Shown here in pieces: positions 59,701 to 64,000 of a stretch of DNA of 64,000 nucleotides. Every line of letters starts with the position of its first letter. Positions within the stretch are counted from its first letter, which is position 1. Both the position numbers and the translations under genes were made by a program. This DNA comes from Candidatus Wirthbacteria bacterium (GTDB taxonomy: Bacteria > Patescibacteriota > CG2-30-54-11): NCBI GenBank assembly GCA_903889905.1, contig CAISZI010000008.1, positions 40,766 to 104,765 on the forward strand. Direction: 5' to 3'. The notes under the pieces were generated by a model, which saw only the letters and a list, made by a program, of their open reading frames with translations, did no database searches and had not been told where the DNA came from.

Positions 59701-62700
59701 GATACCAGGTATTGGCCACGATCGTCGTTGCGGACTTCATGTCATTGCCGTTGCCGCAGCCGGTGGGGTCAAGGTTCCAGTCAACTTTGCTGTCATTGGT
59801 AATGCCAATACGATAGCCATAAAGGCAGCTCGAGACGTCCTGTCCCATCATGCCTGCAATTGCATACAAATTGTTGACACTAGTGGGTTTGACCCAGGCT
59901 GAAACCGTAATCGTCGTTGGTTTGAGCAGTGACTGATCACCCATGCTGACATTATCATTGGTTCCATTAAAACCACCACCTTTGCCGTATTTTCCCACGG
60001 TGTAATGGTTTGCGCCTGCTCCTGCCCAAGTGCCGGTAAGCCCATTTCCCGATGCATCAGCCAGTGATCCCGAAGATTCATCCATTTTCCAATACCCCAC
60101 CAATCCATCGGTCAGTGCCGGGTCATTGGCATTCGACGAACCCAGTTTGATGCCACTACCATCAGCTGAAAGACTGCCGCGGGCATTGAAATCGTTTTTG
60201 ACCTGCGCCAAGGTGCGCGGGTAACTAAACAGCCGGATCTCATCCATAAACCCGGCAAAATATCCGCCATTGACCCGGCCCAGCATAACATTGGAGGCGA
60301 TGACGGCGGTCGACGAAGTGACCGTCACCAGTTGCCATTTGTTCAAGGTGAGTTGCGAACTAACCACATTATTGACATAAATCGTGGGAGAGACAAAACC
60401 TGCTCCGGCGACAATCACATTGGATCCATTGGTCGTAAGATTGGCGTCACCGGTGGCACCGTTGAGGACTAGCAGGCTGGTCGAGGCTGCGGTTGGTTTG
60501 ACCCAGAATGAAACGGATTTGATGCCACTCAAAGCCGTTGCAACATTGATATACTGGGACGAAACCGCAGTAAACTGCAAACATTTGCCACTCACGCACA
60601 TGTCCTCGGTCGCCCAGGTCGGGTCATTCGCGGCGACGGCATCAGTCGCACCCAGAGTTCCAGTTTGTCCATTGGGCAAAGTGGCAAAAGTTGGTGTCGT
60701 GGTACCAGAAATGGCAATATTGGAATAAACCGCCACACGACCGACACTGCCAGCACCACCCGATGCTCCACCACCGCCGCCGCCACCGGCGTACAAATAA
60801 GTACAGCAGTCCCACATCCAGACATAACCATGCCCGCCACCGCCACCATCTGCAGTCCCGCCACTCCCTGGTGTGATCGTATAGGATTGCCCATAATCAT
60901 GGGTATTGACGCCGCTGCCACTACCGCCGATGGCACCAGTGCCGGCAGTTCCACCCGCTGCGGTAACGATACCTGCGCCCAATGTGACTGCTGCCGACTT
61001 GATGACGAGACTGCCACCGGCACCACCGCCACCACCTCCTCCGCCACCACCACCACCGGCAGGCCCACCAGCGCCGGAACCAGCAGTTCCATTAGAGCCC
61101 ACCGCACCATTGCTGCGAATCGCTCCGCTGGTGGTGATAGAACTTGCATAAATCGCTACAATCCCCCCACCGGCCCCTCCTGCTCCACCCGCCTGTCCCA
61201 CGCCAGCACTTCCACCTTCCGAACCGCCACTGCCTCCAGCAGCACCTGATGCTCCCTGGCTACCAAAATACAATCTCGTCAGATTTGCCGCACCATAGGT
61301 AGCATTATTTTTGAAACGGCTGGATCCACTACCTGGTGTTGGTGTGACAAAATCAGTATAGCTACCGCCCGCTCCGTTACCACTGGTGGCAATTGAACCA
61401 CCCGCGCCACCCACAGAAAAAACACCGCTCCCTCCCCCACTGGCTCCACCGGCAGCAGTAGCGGCACCACTGCCACCACCCGGCCCTGGGCCAAAAATAG
61501 TACCGGGGACTTCATAAGTATCATAACCATACCCATCATCACCCGATCCAGCAATCCCATCGCCACTCCCACCACTACCTCCTGTAGAGTCACCACCACT
61601 CTCGCCAATATCCGCACCACCGCCACCGCCGCCACCACCTTTGGTCGGCATGGCGCCAGCGGTTGCATAGGCACCCCCCTGACCGCCGCCACCACCACCG
61701 CCACCCGGCATATGGGAACCACCCGACCCGCCACCAGCACTGCCGCCGGGAATTGCGAGTAAACTCGGATTGGCCGCTGAATAACCTTTGCCATTCATAT
61801 CAATTGTTCCCGTCGCCGTCACGGCACCGGTGGCGCGAAAAAAAAGCACACCGCCTTTGGTGCCATTAAACGCATCAACAGTTAGCGTCGCTCCGCCGGT
61901 AACGCTGACGGTGGTGTAATTCGGTACGCGCTGCACTATGATCTTCTGGGAAATACCATCATAGCGGTAATCAAAAGGGTCCGTTACATTGATGTCGGTA
62001 TTGTTGGTGCCACTGAAACTTGCAATGCGTCTGGTTTCGTATAACCCGACGGAACTGTAATCCGTTGCCGTCCCCTGTAGATCCATGACCAGAATTTCAT
62101 CACCGACCGCAAGCCCAAGTGTATTGGGATTGGAGGAAGTTACCGTGATTTTGGTGTCACCAACACTAGTCAAAGTCGTTGAACTGAAATTCACGGCATC
62201 GGCCTTGGCTCTCGCCACGCAGGTGTTGGTCGCGGCCGCAGTCAACGTGATCGTGCCACTCGGGACACTGCAAGCTCCGTCAGCGCCATTGCCATAATCA
62301 GGGTTGGCCTTGCCGCCTACGGCATCATTCAGAATCTGGCCAGTGCCTTCATCCAGCTTCCAGTAAACTACCGGGCTCGATGACAGTTCCTCTGTTCCGC
62401 TCACCGCAACGCCTGGGAGTGACGATGCTGTTTTCCTGACAAATATCCAATCCACAGAAGTGGCAAAGGCCAACGTATTGCCAAATTCCAATTCCAGGCT
62501 ACCCGTCGGCACATTGGTCGTGGGATTGGAAAGCTGTGCGCCATTTTGATAGAACTTGGAACCAGCGGCACTGTAACGGTTGATGCGGTAATTCTGCATG
62601 GCAGAGCGATCCGTGACCGTAAGCGCGCCGCTGGTAGTGGCGGTACTGCTGGCTTTGGAACGGGTCACGACATTGGTCAAGGTACTCGTGTTGGTCAGGA

Positions 62701-63994
62701 ATTCCACGTCATTGGTATCACCACTGTCGCGATAACCGGCCGAAGCCAGATAATTTACCGCATCCCCGGGAATCGTACGCATCCCAAACTCGGCGATCGA
62801 ATATCCAAAATTGGCAACCGACCGGATTTTGGAATTGGTGCCGATCGTGGCAACACCATTGGCCAATGTCACAGTACCGGTCGTGGCCCACTTACTGCTG
62901 TCCAAAAACGTACCGCTGAAATCTTCAAAAAATTGAAAGACACTGCTGCCATTTTGTATCGATGGCGCACTGGGATTGCCGTAGTAAACATAAATCGTGG
63001 CGCCGGAGGTCGGGAGAATAGGAACTTTGGTCCAGATGGTGGTGGTCTGGGTATCGCAGGCATTGTTGCCGGTTTCAATCCAGTAATTCAGCAAAACTCC
63101 ATTGCCGTCAGTCACGCGGACATCACTGCAATCCGATGTCATTTTGCCCTGATAAATGAGTCCACTGGAATTAGCACTACGGGTGTCGAGGGTAAAGGAC
63201 ACCTGAAAATCCGTCAGATCACCACCCGAACCATTGGTCAGGGCAACCGACTGGCGATAAAGCCAGCTGTCGTTCCACCAGGAAGCCTGTGCGCTGCCAC
63301 GACCAACGAGATACCAGGTGAGTGCCGTGCTGAAGAGGATGAGGACCGCGATCGCGGCAAGGGACGCCCGGCCTTTTGATGTCTTGATTCTTCGGCCAAA
63401 CTCCCCCAGCCCCCCCTTTAACCAAAGTGGGGGTAAAGCAAGACGACGAAAGATACCCCCTATTAGAGTAAGAGGGGGCAGGGGGGTGTTACTCTCCGTC
63501 TTTGTCCCACTCCCCTCTTTGATTAAAGAAGGGGGAAGGGAGTTCTCTTTCCCCACCGACGGTGCCGGGGAGGGCGCATTACGATGCGCCCCTACGGGAG
63601 GTTTGGGTTCTTTCTTCTTTTTCCTATACAGCGAGGCAAAGGGAGAGGAGGGATTGGGTACGGGGGTGGGTTCGGGGGCAGATACGGGTTCGGGTTCAGG
63701 GGAAGACCGGCCCTGGGCCGCTTCTACGGGGACAAAGGATTGGGGATTTACCCCCCTCCTGCCTCCCCCCGCTGCTGCAGGGTAAGGGATGACAGTCTCA
63801 ATCTTCCCCGCCCCTGTATCCGCACGGGGGAGGGCAGGGAGGGGGGCGTTCGTCTGCGATCTCAAATCCATCACCCGTCGCTCATCAGCATGAGCTATGG
63901 ATGACTTCGCCACACGCCCAAAATCCAACCGCTTACGGGCTGAGGCGGTATCATTGGCTGTTTTGAATTGTGGGGTGGGTTTGGTTTGGGACAT
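56729..63994 (-). CDS. giant surface protein C: N-terminal TM, DUF2341, Gly-rich insert, six LamG domains
   Basis: WWNDSWLYRQ, DUF2341 nearly colinear with protein A, LamG motifs. Confidence 0.9.
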   Translation of the reverse strand: MSQTKPTPQFKTANDTASARKRLDFGRVAKSSIAHADERRVMDLRSQTNAPLPALPRADTGAGKIETVIPYPAAAGGGRRGVNPQSFVPVEAAQGRSSPEPEPVSAPEPTPVPNPSSPFASLYRKKKKEPKPPVGAHRNAPSPAPSVGKENSLPPSLIKEGSGTKTESNTPLPPLTLIGGIFRRLALPPLWLKGGLGEFGRRIKTSKGRASLAAIAVLILFSTALTWYLVGRGSAQASWWNDSWLYRQSVALTNGSGGDLTDFQVSFTLDTRSANSSGLIYQGKMTSDCSDVRVTDGNGVLLNYWIETGNNACDTQTTTIWTKVPILPTSGATIYVYYGNPSAPSIQNGSSVFQFFEDFSGTFLDSSKWATTGTVTLANGVATIGTNSKIRSVANFGYSIAEFGMRTIPGDAVNYLASAGYRDSGDTNDVEFLTNTSTLTNVVTRSKASSTATTSGALTVTDRSAMQNYRINRYSAAGSKFYQNGAQLSNPTTNVPTGSLELEFGNTLAFATSVDWIFVRKTASSLPGVAVSGTEELSSSPVVYWKLDEGTGQILNDAVGGKANPDYGNGADGACSVPSGTITLTAAATNTCVARAKADAVNFSSTTLTSVGDTKITVTSSNPNTLGLAVGDEILVMDLQGTATDYSSVGLYETRRIASFSGTNNTDINVTDPFDYRYDGISQKIIVQRVPNYTTVSVTGGATLTVDAFNGTKGGVLFFRATGAVTATGTIDMNGKGYSAANPSLLAIPGGSAGGGSGGSHMPGGGGGGGGQGGAYATAGAMPTKGGGGGGGGADIGESGGDSTGGSGGSGDGIAGSGDDGYGYDTYEVPGTIFGPGPGGGSGAATAAGGASGGGSGVFSVGGAGGSIATSGNGAGGSYTDFVTPTPGSGSSRFKNNATYGAANLTRLYFGSQGASGAAGGSGGSEGGSAGVGQAGGAGGAGGGIVAIYASSITTSGAIRSNGAVGSNGTAGSGAGGPAGGGGGGGGGGGGAGGSLVIKSAAVTLGAGIVTAAGGTAGTGAIGGSGSGVNTHDYGQSYTITPGSGGTADGGGGGHGYVWMWDCCTYLYAGGGGGGGASGGAGSVGRVAVYSNIAISGTTTPTFATLPNGQTGTLGATDAVAANDPTWATEDMCVSGKCLQFTAVSSQYINVATALSGIKSVSFWVKPTAASTSLLVLNGATGDANLTTNGSNVIVAGAGFVSPTIYVNNVVSSQLTLNKWQLVTVTSSTAVIASNVMLGRVNGGYFAGFMDEIRLFSYPRTLAQVKNDFNARGSLSADGSGIKLGSSNANDPALTDGLVGYWKMDESSGSLADASGNGLTGTWAGAGANHYTVGKYGKGGGFNGTNDNVSMGDQSLLKPTTITVSAWVKPTSVNNLYAIAGMMGQDVSSCLYGYRIGITNDSKVDWNLDPTGCGNGNDMKSATTIVANTWYHVVGTFDGTTAKLYLNGLLENSGARTLNGYYHNFYIGASYSDSASALLNLFPGTIDEVRVYNRVLSADDVQKLYNFAPGPVGWWKFDEASGAKVNDSSGFGNTGTWAGTLGNQWRVGKISNAGNFNGTDNFVQVPSSSVFNFGTGGFTISWWENKKSCSFDQAVLLSDAANVGGYVGFVAGQDFTCDYSRFWASSNGSGWDIASARSIGPYSLGQWVYRTVERNGNNFYTYFNGVQQDTWSSALSLANAGNLAIGKRSAFFNGSIDNLIIYNYARTPEQIVEDMNYNHPGVGTKMMIGHWDMDEGFGGTINNSGNSGSVLNGTLSGATLPSWTNSGKFGKALSFNGTTAYVTHGNNSILRQTGAITLSGWVNLTTNNAAHDIMAKWKTSGATNYRSYRLYTDASGKVNFDISSDGTAGNVKTATGTTTLATGTWYYVTGVYVPSTSLTVYVGSKQNGQNTTAIPAAIYDSAANANLETGSEDGGTANRMAGTIDETKIYNYNLTSDDVIVDFNHGSLTAMGASGTTSTGAPDNSASRAYCVPGDSSTCNPPVGEWKFDEGSGGTVNDSSGGGNNGTWQGGNSWKPGKFGNAGNFNATKHVDLSTPAALASSAQMTYSAWIKTSAGGSFIVGKGDMALSPIYDYGMYVANATGYLTLYFGSNNSVTLSTTNLKDGKWHYVAITISGTAVSGYIDGKNEVATTFAGLNNNSRPLYLGALKNGASYTNAFNGLIDQVRIYTYTLSPAQIAWDYNRGAPVAYWDFDECTGTVLHDRSGNGLNGTWMGGTAVGTCTTAATAWGNGASGKINGSLAFNSGNSDYLNAGTNKTALSFQTTSSFSASAWIKPITGMTNYSAIIQNQSASTFNGWNFTIFDDDGLSAVLASSGTDKYYVTVSNGLILNSWNHVVMTYDGSGNASGIHIYINGISQTLVIGDNDAGAVIDYSTATTEIGRRSYSGLYYNGQIDDVRIYNYALTATQVQTLANGSSAVEFR
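63571..63595 (-). repeat. GTAG-type REP inside coding sequence
   Basis: GTAG-GGGCGCAT-CGTA-ATGCGCCC. Confidence 0.7.
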
Positions 63995-64000
63995 AAGTCT

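Noticed and set aside
38285-63994. Diversity-generating retroelement acting on the giant genes
   Set aside because: No reverse transcriptase, and no template/variable repeat pair differing only at adenines was seen in the window

Overview
A roughly 50% GC bacterial chromosomal segment using genetic code 11. Its gene content looks like Patescibacteria/CPR; this is an inference from the type IV pilus cluster, DUF2341/LamG giant proteins, a DUF4143 ATPase and a RAYT-like gene. The left 36 kb is mostly housekeeping: murF, small hydrolases and transferases, tRNA-Asn, rpoD, dnaG (with one in-frame TAG), polA, ftsH, rpsA, prmA, a pilB-pilC-pilins-pilD operon, yebC and five tRNAs. The right 26 kb holds three tandem giant (2.4-2.9 kaa) membrane-anchored surface proteins, each with six LamG domains. 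Structure not explained by gene calls: (1) two families of hairpin elements sit against tRNA ends, one pairing with the tRNA termini and one showing compensatory base changes; (2) the 3' end of polA occurs three times, separated by ~0.8-1 kb gene cassettes; (3) the giant proteins are mosaics with nested inserted modules and variable loops, and their N-terminal coding regions are partly built from in-frame palindromic repeats also found between genes; (4) five helically phased 17-bp repeats lie upstream of the DUF4143 ATPase. No CRISPR array, integrase or reverse transcriptase was seen. All family assignments come from motif recognition by eye, not database searches.
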